Of a DNA stretch of 64,000 nucleotides, positions 31,229 through 47,323 are shown piece by piece. Both the position numbers and the translations under genes were made by a program. Each line of letters begins with the position of its first letter. Within the stretch, counting starts at the first letter, position 1. Under the pieces are notes generated by a model, which saw only the letters and a list, made by a program, of their open reading frames with translations, was not told the origin of the DNA and did no database searches. The DNA is from Eledone cirrhosa (lineage: Eukaryota), in the NCBI GenBank assembly GCA_964016885.1, contig OZ024758.1, positions 18,972,001 to 19,036,000 on the forward strand. The letters run 5' to 3'.

Positions 31229-31447
31229 CAGTCACGAGCAAGCTGCGTTCAGTCGTAATTTATCGTTCTATTATTTTTACGATCGAGGAAAAGAACTTGT
31301 ACGAATTCTGAAGAAACAAATCAAAACAACCTGCGTTACCACCTTTTTTAACAATGTGGGCACGAATATAAATCAGCTGTTGCGACCAGCCTCATGATGA
31401 GCCATATATCATGCTACCCGCTTCTCGAAAAGGGTTGCCCATGCCTG
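31229..31447. mobile_element. hAT (Charlie-like) MITE, 219 bp
   Basis: Perfect 8-bp TSD CTTTAGAC (31221-31228, 31448-31455). Imperfect TIRs CAGTCACGAGCAAGC / CAGGCATGGGCAACC. Confidence 0.8.
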
Positions 31448-31672
31448 CTTTAGACTCTAACAAATCTGTTGATGAACGTTCGTAATTATTTGAGCGTCCG
31501 TTGTATTTCTTATAGCTAACTTTGTAAATATCGATTTTTGCGCAGACATTTTCTAGTATGTTCTCCCAATGACCACTTGTTCATATCTATAATCGACTTT
31601 CACACTTTTGATCTTTATTTTTCACCTCTAACGTATATCTACGTAACTACGTTGGATTTTATTGTTGTTGTT

Positions 31673-31716
<44 letters not shown>

Positions 31717-31807
31717 AATATATATTTTTTTTTGCATCTTCAATCATTCTCTTCTTCGCTTGCACACATTCATACTATTACAATCACCCACATTCACAGA
31801 CACACAT

Positions 31808-31846
<39 letters not shown>

Positions 31847-32095
31847 TTTATTTATATATATATTATATTTATTTATATATATATATATATACATATTTAT
31901 ATATATATGTATATATTTACATATATGTATATATTTACATATATGTATATATATATATATATATGTAAATATATATATATATATAGATGTATATTTATAT
32001 ATGTATATATGTATATATATATATATATGTATATATGTATATATATATATGTATATATGTATATATATATGTATATATATATATATGTATATATG

Positions 32096-32126
<31 letters not shown>

Positions 32127-32300
32127 GTATGTATGTATATGTATGTATGTATGTATATATATGTATATATATATATATATGTATGTATGTATGTATATGT
32201 ATGTATGTATGTATGTATATGTATATGTATGTATGTATGTATATATATATATATATGTATGTATGTATATGTATGTATGTATATATATGTATATATATAT

Positions 32301-33073
32301 ATATGAAAAAGTGAGTCCTTCATCAGTGACCCTCCAACCGTCCCAGGCATTTCATCGCTTTAAGGGCCATATACCTCAGGTTGGTGCGAACAACGGCTAA
32401 AAAAAGTCGTTGGGACACGTAAATAAAGAGAACGTTAGGGTGAACAAACAAAATGGTAAAGGCAACAGAAAGTGAGAAGAAAGAGACAAGTCCCAGATTT
32501 CTATGAATATAAACTCGATAAAACCGTGAACTAGAGAATAAAGACCATCAAACCTGGTTGAAATGTGAGCGAGGAAGGAATTTCGCACAGGTCTAACGGG
32601 GGGGGGGGGGAGAAGAACGGGTCTGGTCTGCGAATTCGGTAAACATAAGTTCTGTGAAGACGCAGACGAGAGAGAGAGAGAAAAAAAATTTCATACCGGC
32701 TTGGCCAAGAGTGCGCGAGAAAAGAAATCGGACAGGTCAAGCGGGAAGAAAGAGGAGAGGAGGAGAGGCAGTGACAGGGTATGAGTGAGTGAAAGTTGAG
32801 GAAGAGGCTAACAGAGAGAAAGAGACTGCTAGAAAGGGTAAAGATACAAAGAACGAAACAGACGGGTGGCAGCAGAGGAAAAAATATGTGTAAATATGAT
32901 AATAATGGAGCTGCGGCGTTGCAAATGGGATACATATGAAAAAGTGAGTCCTTCATCAGTGACCCTCCAACCGTCCCAGGCATTTCATCGCTTTAAGGGC
33001 CATATACGTCAGGTTGGTGCGAACAACGGCTAAAAAAAGTCGTTGGGACACGTAAATAAAGAGAACGTTAGGG
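32301..33073 (-). mobile_element. Family E non-coding element with 140-bp direct terminal repeats
   Basis: 32301-32440 equals 32934-33073 with 1 mismatch. Purine-rich interior. Embedded in TA/TATG satellite. Strand is inferred. Confidence 0.75.
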
Positions 33074-34526
<1,453 letters not shown>

Positions 34527-34830
34527 ATTTTTGGTAAATATCATCTTGGTTAAGAGAGTGGGACTGGCTTTGTGCAGTGCCTTTGCTCACTATAAAAGCT
34601 TCACGGCACAGGCATTGCTTTATATCTGGAGATCTCTCTGCACTTGTCATCACGTGGTACCATGGGCCCAGCACTATGTGTCAATAATTGTCACAAGTGT
34701 AGTGTTTGTACCAGAGTTTTCAAGTGGCTGGCTGGACTAAAAAGTCACACTTGTTCAGCGCATCGGTAGAGGTTCTCCTACATGGATATAAAGTAGTGTC
34801 CGTACTCGAAAACGAGTTGGTAGCCACCAT
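34527..34830 (+). mobile_element. Family D, 5'-truncated
   Basis: Near-identical to 56276-56578. Confidence 0.85.
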
Positions 34831-35664
34831 GTATATATATATGTATATATATATATATATGTATATATGTTATACTTCGGAAGGGTCATGTTGCCTATAA
34901 GAAAAACACGCACCAGTTGCCCTTTACTCCAATTTATTTTAAATTTAAACATTTATATATTTCCGGTTGGTTGGTTGGTTCCGCAACCGGACGGTTGTTC
35001 ATATATTGTCAACGTTCTTTCGTTACACAATTATGAGGGATGTTATTGCCTTAATTATACACTATTTTCTTATTGATTTTGCGAAATCTAAACCCCTATG
35101 TTTCGAACTAGCAATCCCACAATTTAGAATAAACCACCTAAATCTTAACATACTGAATCCACAATTTCACTTAATACCAGCTACCAAAGAACCATACATA
35201 TCTATACACTCCCTCCATCCATCTCACTAAGTTGATACAACGGGAGAAAATACCTAACACAAGCGCTTATCTGTCAAACGATAAATCAATCTCCGTTTCA
35301 TTGTTGGTAGTGTTTCAGACCCAAATTCACGTGTATCTAAATCTCTCATAATTACACTTAAAGTGTAGATTCCAAAATCTGACTGTAAGTACATTTTATT
35401 ATTTATCCCTTCATCTAAGTTAATTCATCCCTGGACAACTACCTCTAATATATCCTATGGTAGATTTCGCATGTCACTTCATACATCTGTATCATCTCTG
35501 TTTGTTTACCATGCTGGTTTTATTATTATATTCTATTTCTTACTTTTATTGATGTTATTGTTTTAATTATTCACTATCTAGATATTTTGTTACTGATGTT
35601 ATTGTTCTGGTCTAACACCACATTTCCATAAGAGCCATGCCTTGCGTATTATCCTCATATCCAC

Positions 35665-35775
35665 GCGCTCTGAATTTATTGACTGGTGGTAAACAAAGTA
35701 TTGGCGTCGATTGACGCAACATCAAGCGATTATCGAGCTATAGACATACCAGATCATCGAAACAATTGTCAGCAC
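35665..35775 (+). ncRNA. Degenerate hammerhead with long stem II
   Basis: GCGCT-CTGAATT..CTGGT...ACCAG..GAAA-CAATTG-TC-AGCAC. G8 and A9 are lost. Followed by a tail ending at the TA tract near 36000. Confidence 0.5.
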
Positions 35776-35998
35776 TGTGAATAAAGCCCTTATTGTACAA
35801 CCAACCATGTTACTCTTCTTTCTTGAATTATTAATACTCCAAGTATAATCTAGATAGAAACAACCGTGAATTCGCTGCATCACTGTGGAAGCATCTTCTT
35901 GAGTCAAACTAAGCCATACGTTAAAACCATCCACAACAGGGAGTACTCTAACTGGACTACCTCTAAGTGGATTACCTACAACGAGAACTTGTTATCCC

Positions 35999-36058
<60 letters not shown>

Positions 36059-36060
<2 letters not shown>

Positions 36061-36188
36061 AAGGAAATGTGGTAAGGAACCAGATGGACCATAACGCACC
36101 AAAGTACACAATACTTAGGGTAGTAGAATGGGTAATAGGAACAAGTATGACCCCGACGGCAGAGCTCAAGCCGTTTCGACGGCTAATT
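36059..36188 (-). mobile_element. Family A element without inverted arm
   Basis: Tail plus GAAACGGCTTGAGCTCTGCCGTCGGGGTC, lying between TA tracts. Confidence 0.8.
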
Positions 36189-36232
36189 ATATATATATAT
36201 ATAGTTATGTAATAAACAACATAAGGCAATTA

Positions 36233-36293
36233 TTTCATTTACCGGTGGTTTCTTAAAAGCAAACATATTTTGCTTTCAATCATCAGGAGGAAA
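36233..36293 (-). ncRNA. Type I hammerhead, complete core, damaged stem I
   Basis: TTTCCTC-CTGATGA-TTGAAAGCAAA-ATATG-TTTGCTTTTAA-GAAA-CCACCGG-TA-AATGAAA. 11-bp stem II. Confidence 0.65.
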
Positions 36294-36346
36294 AAATCCT
36301 GGCCTATTTATTGACGTCGGATTTTAAAAACATTATATATATATAT

Positions 36347-36385
<39 letters not shown>

Positions 36386-36981
36386 TGTATGTATAGTATA
36401 TTTGGCAATATAACGTATGTTTAATTATAAACATTTAGAAGTCCATTCGTTATCAGTTTTAACCCAATATCATTGCAGAGAATAGTTATCCAACTTGACG
36501 TGCCACGAGAGGGAACCGAGAACAACCAGAAGTATCTTTTTACTGTGTGTATACCAATTGATCGAAATGTTACAAAAAAAAACATAAGGAGGAAATAGCG
36601 CTATTATTGAAAGATAGCATAGGAGAACATATTGATACGATATTAACTTTGCTAGAAATGTAACTTATATATTTATTTCTTATTGTGTATTTCTAATCTT
36701 CATATAAATTAGATACGAGATAAATTATCGATCTTCAATATTTTCTCTCAAGAATTATTTGACACCATTTACATCTTTGTTATGATTGGTTGTTTTATAT
36801 ACCTTAGATTCCAAGGTGTTATATTTTCCTGCATATTCATAGATGTATGTGTGTTTTACTTGTCTATTTAAATGTTTCTATTACCGTGGTGCACATAAAC
36901 ACAGATATACACTCACACATACTATATATATATATATACTTTTGTGTGTGTGTTATCTCTCTCTATCTCCCTCTCTCCCCC

Positions 36982-37055
<74 letters not shown>

Positions 37056-37885
37056 CATATATATATATAATACACGAGAGTGAGTGTGTTTACAGGTTTG
37101 TATACATCTAGCTTTATGTGTGCCTATTTATGCCTGTGTGTGTGTGTGCATATGTTAAATGATCTTTAAGTGTATGCATCACAAATACATAGATATGGTT
37201 GTATCTATTAGCCATACATTTATATTACTCGACAAATGTAAAACAAAAACATCTTATTTCACACTACTTAGTCGCGTAATATAAATGACTAAAATCCTGT
37301 GAAAATAACACTTTCAAACTATTTACTGATACACTTAGATACATGATTGTTAATTAGTACACACATATACAACTTATATTGTTTTAAAAACCTATATAAT
37401 AGGTAATTAATATTTTCAGTAATGGCGTTAGCGTTCTAGTTTGCTTACAATTGCTAATGTACTAATTTTATCAATTGTCCAGGGAGAATGAAGTCGGTAT
37501 AACTGATTATATTTCTAAACCCCGAATGTGGAAGTAGCTTATTTGTCTTATGTATACTTTTGTTTTAAATTCCTTTACACACACTTAAACACGTATATAA
37601 AAAACTAAATAAAACGTACACATGAATAAACACACACACACACGGTATATAAATGAGTGTTAGTATGTGTTCTTGTGCCTTTAGGTTAAATAAAGTAAGT
37701 ACAGTAAACTTTTTTTAAATTTATTTTATAACCTTTTCTCTATTTGCTAAACCTTGATTATATATGTTCTGGCTCGTTAATTTATTAACCTGCCATAGAA
37801 CCCAATTGGCATACGGTTGGATAATACATGTGTCCCAATATGCATTTTTTGCACGTAGAAAACATACTTTATTATTTTGTTATTG

Positions 37886-37926
<41 letters not shown>

Positions 37927-38267
37927 TTTAATACAATAACAGAGATAGCTTTAAGCTAAACTCCGACTGATAACCATCTCACTCAACAAACATTAGGTTA
38001 TACGTTAGTATAAACCCAATTTAAGTGTTTGGGGTGCTGACTATATGTATTTTGTGGAAAGCTAGTTGTATTATTTTATGAGATATAATTAAAGTTAAAA
38101 TATATCGCTCTTTCCAAACAATTATTTACTTATAAGTTTTCTACAAATTAGGAGAATGTTTCTAGTTTATGTAGAAGCCTAACATATATTCATGTAAGAG
38201 TATATTTAGGTGGGCACTTATAAATCTTCAGTGGAAGCCCATTATATATATATATATATATATATAT

Positions 38268-38505
38268 CAGAAAGTTCACCATACCGATAACAATTGTTTG
38301 ACCATAGTGGATATTCCTGCTCGGAATGTTTCATGATCAAACGAAACAGGTCCGTTTAACCATGGCGAGCCCGAGCTGAAGATCTACTAAGGTGAAACAA
38401 CTGTTCTCGGTATGGTGAATTAATTGTTGTGTTTCTACTTCTTCCAGTTTCGTCCTGTGGACTGAGTGCTCAACAACTACGGATATTACCTTCCAGTGCC
38501 CTACC
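38268..38505 (+). mobile_element. Fold-back element with a minimal hammerhead and tail
   Basis: 38273-38303 is an inverted copy of about 38391-38421. Starts at a TA tract. Confidence 0.7.
38371..38410 (+). ncRNA. Minimal type I hammerhead (40 nt)
   Basis: CCGAG-CTGAAGA-TCTACTAAGGT-GAAA-CAACTG-TT-CTCGG. The inverted arm preserves palindromic ACAATTGT in stem III. Confidence 0.75.
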
Positions 38506-38581
38506 TCTCTCTCTCTCTCTATCTCTCTATCTATCTCTCTCTCTCTCTTTCACTATCTCTCTGTCACTCTCTCTCTGTATG

Positions 38582-38614
<33 letters not shown>

Positions 38615-38699
38615 GTATATATATATATATATATGTATATACATATATATACATATGTGTATGTATATATCTATATATATATATCTATATATATCTATG

Positions 38700-38747
<48 letters not shown>

Positions 38748-38769
38748 CGTGTATATGTATATACATATA

Positions 38770-39116
<347 letters not shown>

Positions 39117-39138
39117 AATATATATATATACATATATA

Positions 39139-39174
<36 letters not shown>

Positions 39175-39624
39175 ATATATATATATACATATATAAACAT
39201 ATATATATATACATATATACACATATATGTATATATATATATGTTTATATATGGTATATATATATATGTGTGTATATATATAACTACACATATATATATA
39301 TACATATATAAACATATATATATATACATATATACACACATATATATATATATACATATATAAACATATATATATATACATATATACACACATATATACA
39401 TATATACACATATATATATATATATATATATAGATGTGTATATATATGGGTGTATATATATACTGTATATATATATATATATGTATATATCTTTTTTCTC
39501 TCTATATCTTTCTCTGGTCTCATTTCTTCTTTACGTTTTCCTTTTTCTTTCTTTCTTAACTTTATCTATTTCTCTTTCTTTCTTTTGTTCTCTCTATATA
39601 TATATGTGTAAATATATATATATG

Positions 39625-39668
<44 letters not shown>

Positions 39669-39670
39669 TA

Positions 39671-39711
<41 letters not shown>

Positions 39712-39737
39712 GTATATATATATGTGTGTATATATAT

Positions 39738-39784
<47 letters not shown>

Positions 39785-39891
39785 AATATATATTTACAAA
39801 CACTCAAAAACATATTTAAAACAATACTTTATACACACACACACACAGACACATATATATATATATGTATTTATATATATATATATATATA

Positions 39892-39961
39892 TTACCAATG
39901 AAAAAGTCGAGTGAATAGGTAAAATATCTCGACTTGTTATTTTCGTTGTTGAATTAAGACC

Positions 39962-40001
<40 letters not shown>

Positions 40002-40212
40002 GGTCTTAATTCAACAACGAAAATAACAAGTCGAGATATTTTACCTATTCACTCGACTTTTTCATTGGTAAATTTATACCTAATATCTGACTCTAAATCT
40101 AAGGAATTAACTCAGCAGAACAGGGAACATTTCTATGGATTTCACTGGATTACTTTCCATCAAATTACATTGAGTTCTGTTACGGACTCTACCGCCATTG
40201 GTAGACCTCACT
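39892..40212 (+). mobile_element. Fold-back element: perfect ~74-bp arms around a (TA)n centre, plus tail related to family C
   Basis: 39892-39965 is the reverse complement of 39998-40071. Tail contains ATTACATTGAGTTCT..TACGGA..CTACCG..TTGGTAGA. Confidence 0.7.
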
Positions 40213-41486
40213 GAAAAATAATTTATGTATATATTTATATAAAGGTACGTGTGTGTGTTTGTATGCATATGTCAGTACTTATACGCCCGTGTTCTCATGT
40301 ACCTGTGTGTTAAAGCATAATACCTATGAATATCTTAATGTACATAATAATTCTTTTGTGATTTACAAGGCCACTTGAGGTTAGGTCCAATATATAAAGT
40401 ATCGAACTCCATTATACCCATACAATTAAAATCCTCATATACTTCCCTCCCTATATATGTAAACCCTGCTTAGAACACACAGGAACATTTCTTCTTTTAT
40501 ACAAATATCATCAAAACTGGGTATAATGTTTAATATATATCTATATATATATATATAATATATCATAAAACCCACTATTGAAAACGCATACACTCTGGTT
40601 TATAGTGTTAATCTTCCAAGGAAAAGTGAGAAGTTTTAAACAGCGAAAATTATGTCGGTTCTCTCTCTCCCTCTCTCTCAGTATTATTTTGAAATGAACT
40701 TAATAATTTGCATATAATTAGCGCTGATGTCGGTAATTAATCTATGTGAAGTGTTCTAGTAACAGAGAATGCAAACTTTTTTTTAAATGAATCCTTATAT
40801 ATATTCATATTTATGTGTCTCTCTCTCTCTCTCCCTATCCCTCTCACTCTCTTGCTCTCTCTCTCTCCCTATCGCTATCACTCTCTTACTCTCTCTCTCC
40901 CTCTCTCTCTGTATTTTTTTCATCACTATTTCATACTTAGTATTTCTTTTTTTCTTCTTTTCTCGTTGTATATATGTATCCATGTGTGAGATATATATCT
41001 TTTCCTTCATTATCCATTGCTCTCAATCTCTCTCTCCACCTATTCCTATCCCCCTCTCCCCCATTTCTCACTCTTTCCCTCTCTTTCTCATTCTTTCCAT
41101 CTCTTTCGCCAAACTGTCAGTTTGGTTATTCTTTTGATTTATACATAGCTGCATTTAAATGAACTTTCGACTTCTGAAAAACCCGACAAACATTCTAATG
41201 TGCCTAAACTTTCAGATATCTAATCATCCATTACAATATATTTTTTTTCTTTCTTCACGTTTTCTCCTACACAAAATTTCTAAATCAATCTTCTGTCTCT
41301 GTGTGTATATAAAGTTATAGACATAAATATATTGTAACATTGTGTAAATATGTTTCGAATATTTAGCTCTTACTATCTTCATATATATCAGAAGCAAATA
41401 TGTCAGTATGTATTTGTATGGGTAATAGTATGTATCGACGATTGAAACACTTATGTTTGTATATGTTTATTGGCATCTCGTCTCGT

Positions 41487-42070
<584 letters not shown>

Positions 42071-42389
42071 AACACTGCTAACGTATAACAATATGTATAT
42101 ACATATACACACACACATATATATATGTGTGTGAGAGAGAGAGTATATATATATATAGATGTGTATATGTGTGTGTATATATGTATATACATATTGTTAT
42201 ACGTTAGCAGTGTCATATGTAGTTGCCAAAAATCTGTCTTATTTCAAATGATGGAGTAAGTTAAAACATGAGGCGCCACGTAGGAGAAGGTCACAGAGTA
42301 TGTGACAAATATATTTTGACAATTAGAGATGGCAATTAAACACATTCGCTTATTACACTAACCGATAGACTAGATGCCTAGCAAATAAA

Positions 42390-42820
42390 TAATTCTAGTA
42401 TAGGCACAAGGCCAGTAATTTGGATGGAGGGTAAAGTCGATTATATCGACCCCTGTACGTTACTGGTACTTTATTTTATCGGCCACGTAAGGATGAAAAA
42501 CAAAGTTAACTTCGGCGGGATTTGAACTTAGATCATAAAGAGCCGTAACTCTATGCAGCAAAACATGGCGTCCAGCCTTCTATCGATACTGCAAATCCAT
42601 CGCCCTTATACCTAGTAAATAATGGTTTCTTTTATAGTCACAAGGCCAGCAATTTTGGGGGAGGTGAAAATCGATTAAATCGACCGCTGAGCTTGACTGG
42701 TACTTTATTTTTCGACCCTGTAAGTATGAAAGGCAAAGTTAAACTCGGCAGGACTTGAACTCAGATCATAAAGTGGCATAACTCAATGCTGCAAAGCATG
42801 GCGTCCAACACTCTACGGAG
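42390..42820 (-). mobile_element. Two tandem main-SINE copies (long form)
   Basis: About 42390-42606 and 42620-42820, plus a 5' fragment on + at 42940-43030. Confidence 0.85.
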
Positions 42821-43711
42821 AGCAAATAATAAACTCAATAATATAACTCAACCAGAGCGTATTTTTTTTATTTGCAGCATGAGATGTAACTTGCCTAGTA
42901 GGGGGGACCGATACACATATATTCAAGTATACATACTGTATAGGTGGCGAATCGGCACCGTCGTTGGAACGTCGGATATAATAATTTGTTATTCATTCAG
43001 GCTCTCTACTCTCTGAGTTCAAATCCCACTATCTCAGTAATGTAGACTCTACATACACGTACGTGTATGCTTGTCTGCGCATTTACGAATAAATAAATAA
43101 ATGTAAATAAAAAAGTTAAATATCATTTTATGTATATCATTCATTAGGTTATCTGAAAAAGAAAATAAGAACATTTTGAGGGTTTTGGCATTGTTGTTTG
43201 TGTTGTTGACAATTCACGTGTGTAATAGAGAAAACATGTTTATGTGAACAAATATTTTTAAAATTAATAGTAAATGAAAAAAAGTTTTAAAAGTGTAGGG
43301 TAGGGTAGACAAATCATATAGTCATCTGAGAGATTAACGTCACGTGTTTAAGTGAACATTTGTCTAAAAAATATTAACCAAATCGTTTAATAAATAAATA
43401 AATAAAAAGGAAAATGAGATTAAGGACGTCGGTGACGATATATTAAATAAAATTATGAAGTTTACCTATAACGAGTCAATGTCGAGGACGAGACATAACA
43501 CCATATCACTAAAGATGTATATGTGCATATAGTTACATATGAAACTAATATAAACATGTATCAGTGTGAAATCGGTTGTGTGTGTGTGTGCACACATATA
43601 GATGTTTGAGATAAAGATGGGTGGAGGGAGAGAGATGAGTATAGGCGCACGTGAAGCCAGAGTAAGAAAGTAATTTCCGGTAAAATCTTTAGTTACTTTG
43701 TCCTGCCATTA

Positions 43712-43828
<117 letters not shown>

Positions 43829-43902
43829 CATATACATGTCCTGCCATTAATACATATATATATATATTGCTGAACATACAGTAACTTCACGTTCCACTCC
43901 CT

Positions 43903-43939
<37 letters not shown>

Positions 43940-44199
43940 ATTTTAATGTATAGGTTTTAAATTGTCATTTTCCGTCTTAGTATATATCCTGTGATATTTC
44001 TTTAGAATTTACACGCAGTTATGGTTAATTTATCTTGGGGCATGTATGAGGTGGCAAATGGTAATAATAGGAACTATTTGCCTACATGTTCTACACCAAT
44101 CCCCATTCATCTGCTCTGATTCTTCGACGTGCTGTTCGAGTAGACATGTTAGAGAATGTGGTAAGTAACTCTCAACAGAAAGTTGGACAGCAGAAATTC

Positions 44200-44760
44200 T
44201 TCAGTGAAGTAACACCACCCCTCGTGATAGAGGGTGGTATTTATAGAGAAAGCTGTACTCTAGTGGATGGTGATGAAAATTGTTTGGAAGTCATTGGTTT
44301 ACTTAGCTAAGACTCCCATATCTCTGCGAAAAAGAATAGGCTAGAATATGCCGGTTTTCCTGCGTGATTATTGGTACATCTAACATCAGAGACATAAATT
44401 CCTTGTGGTTCTTGAAAGAAATATCCGACTGAGCAGCATAGACATTTTCCTCCATGTAGAAGACATTAGATCGAATCAAACTGCTTTATCTCTTTCCTGA
44501 TTATGGTGGCTGTCTGTAGCATCATGGTTGTTTCTCTTCAATAATACTTTCATGAGAATATGAAAGACTGAAGTCACTCGCGCCTGTATTAGGTGTATTC
44601 TATATTAGAACATGGTTGAACAATCAGAGACAATATGTATAAATATTTCTTCCCAAACACCACATTTTTTGCAGTTAATGTCTTTTGCTTCATTACATTC
44701 TTTCAATGGTTTCTGATAATAAATCTTTGATCTTTTGGCGCTATCAAGAAATCATGTAGC
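44200..44760 (-). pseudogene. Old non-LTR retrotransposon C-terminus (CCHC knuckle + possible restriction-like endonuclease; R2/R4/NeSL-like)
   Basis: 44673-44620 encodes CKKCGVWEEIFIHIVSDC (CX2CX8HX4C). Downstream, across frameshifts: V*FDL, QSDI, IYVSDVRC. Confidence 0.45.
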
Positions 44761-45831
44761 CGTCAGTCTCAGCATAAGGTCTGGCGTTACGCAGACGATG
44801 GTGATATTTTGTCTTTGTACAATTCGACCACTGTTCTAAACTAGCACTAGTAGTTGTGAGACTACAGCTGCAACTAATTCTCCCGCATCCGACCTCACTC
44901 TTTCCCCGTTATATACATATAAAAATATACGACAATGAATATAAAGCTATATTCACCATCCTAAAGCTAAAAAGCCCAGCGGAGGGCACTAATATATTTA
45001 TATGGCCATGACTGTTGGGGCACCCCATTCCAAGGGGTCTATAAAAACTGCCCCCCCCCCCATTAAATACGACACTGGGTGGTATCATGTTTTGAAGCCA
45101 GTTCACGGCGCTAAGTACCTAGGCGTCGCTTCTGCTTATTGTATTATGTTATTGTATTTTACATTTTAGTTTCACATATTTAATCAATTCATACTTTGTT
45201 TTATATATTTCTGTGTTATTTGAAATGTTTACTAACGTATCAGTGAAATACTCGGCACAGTATCAACGGCGTTCTTCACCACAGAACATTTTAGATTCAG
45301 GTTTTGTGTCTCTGCGTTAAATCAATATTATGTAATTATGACAGTGGCGATATCATGCTCAAGAAACATTTCGCTAGTTTGTAATAGAAGCTCATATAAT
45401 CTCGTATGGAATTCATTGGAATGTTTGAACATATTTTACAACTGCCAAAAACGAATGATACAGCAGTAAAAATGGAGTTTAGTGTAGAAAGAGCTTCTAA
45501 TCATTTCCCAATATAACTGTTCTTCATGTTAATGTTAAATTATACATCAGGGCACCACGTTACTCAAAATATTCTATTTCGATATCATCCGTTAATTTGT
45601 TTTCCTTCTTCATTTCGTAGAAGTTTTGACTTTGTATTTCACATCAATTTGAATTCGGCCACTTGAATTGCCTGACTCTGGTTAATTATAACTATCTTTC
45701 ACGGTTTCTAATGTCTGTGAAGAGATCATTCCTGTTGTATATGCGATCTTCAGTATTCAATATGATTATCTTTCGTTTTCGTTGTTGTCTACTCTTTTTT
45801 ATATAAGATGTGTTGCATATTCTCTAACTTG

Positions 45832-46200
45832 AATAATGCTTAATGGTTTGGGTGTTCAGTTCACGACCATAAGTATGTGAGTTCGATTCCCAGGACGGAA
45901 GACGGTTCACGTCATTGAGCAAGACACTTCTTTTTGTAGCACTAGACAAATACAAAGGGTAAAAATCAGTTGTTCCTATGAAGCTAAACAAAAGTTCCCG
46001 GGAGTTAATCTTATGATGTAGCATGGACTGTCCCTGTAATACAAAAGGACACTATTGTAACAATGTCCCGTTAATTCTCAACGAGCTTTAGATTGTTTCA
46101 CGTTTCAGTGGAATATTCAGCCACGAACATATTAAATTCAAGACCAGGGTGATCTGTTGATCGAACAACTGAACTGGGTCACTCATTCTCAACACAGAAA
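45832..46200 (+). mobile_element. tRNA-derived MetaSINE-like element with 3' tail
   Basis: GAGTTCGATTCCC B-box, TTGAGCAAGACACTT core. Tail GGAATATTCAGCCAC is shared with about 14150-14250. Confidence 0.6.
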
Positions 46201-46209
46201 GACGTTCAT

Positions 46210-46248
<39 letters not shown>

Positions 46249-46287
46249 TAAATTATATGATCTTCAGAAGAGGTGAATATATCTTGA

Positions 46288-46332
<45 letters not shown>

Positions 46333-46382
46333 TGTATATATATATATATATATACTGTATATATGTGCCTCTCTATGTATAA

Positions 46383-46545
46383 AGGGAGTATCCCCAAAAC
46401 ATTGTATACACTTTATTGTTAGAATGCTGTTGAAATGTGTATACATTTTTGTTGTTGTTGTTGTTGGGGGGGGGGTCTCCACAATTTGTAAACAGACTTC
46501 AACAGCATACTAATAATATTGTGTATATAATTTTGGGGACACACT
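46383..46545. mobile_element. Degenerate MITE-like inverted repeat
   Basis: TCCCCAAAA...ATGCTGTTGAA is inverted as TTCAACAGCAT...TTTTGGGGA. Confidence 0.5.
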
Positions 46546-47139
46546 GTATAGAGTGTCTATATATATATATATATATATATACATGCAAGTATTGAATGTT
46601 ATACGTGTTTATGTTTATAAGCAGATATTCGATAACAATATGTCAATTAAACCACCGCCACCAATAACATCAACCAGCAAAACTACAATGTTACAGCTGC
46701 CAAGTATATATAATGAATGATATGATCTTTAGAAGAGGTGTGTGTATATATCTTGAGAAATATATATTGTTATCATGTATAAAAGATAATCACCGTGTTA
46801 ATTACTGGTAAACATTCCAGTTGTTCTATGTACAATGCACAAAGAGACATCAGATAACCGGGGCAAACAATGTTGGTGGTGGGGGGTAGTTGTTTATGAT
46901 GATAATCGGTGGTGACGAGAGTGATGATGATGATGATGATGTTTGATGCAGGTGCGCATATGCTGATGACGACGATGATCAGATAGAGCATCCTCATCTC
47001 AAAATAAGATGGTGGTGGTGGTGATGATGATGGTGGTGATGATGATGGTGATGAAGTTGAATATGGCGATGATGATAATGAAGATGATGATGACGATGTC
47101 GATCGGACTTATCATCATCATCGTCGTCAAATTTTGATA

Positions 47140-47323
47140 AATGTTTCTACATTTGGCACAAGGCCAGCAATTATCCCAGTGCATTACTGGCACTTTACTT
47201 TTGACGACCCTGTAAGTATGAAAGGCAAAGTTGACCTCGGCGCGATTTGAACTCAACATAAAGAGCCGTAACTCTTTGCTGCAAAGCATGGCGTCAGACA
47301 CTCTACCGATACTGCCAATCCAC
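47140..47323 (-). mobile_element. Main SINE
   Basis: Reverse-complement match, inserted in GAT-rich repeat. Confidence 0.85.

Noticed and set aside
45695-45760. CTGAAGA...GAAA on the minus strand
   Set aside because: No NUH or stems.
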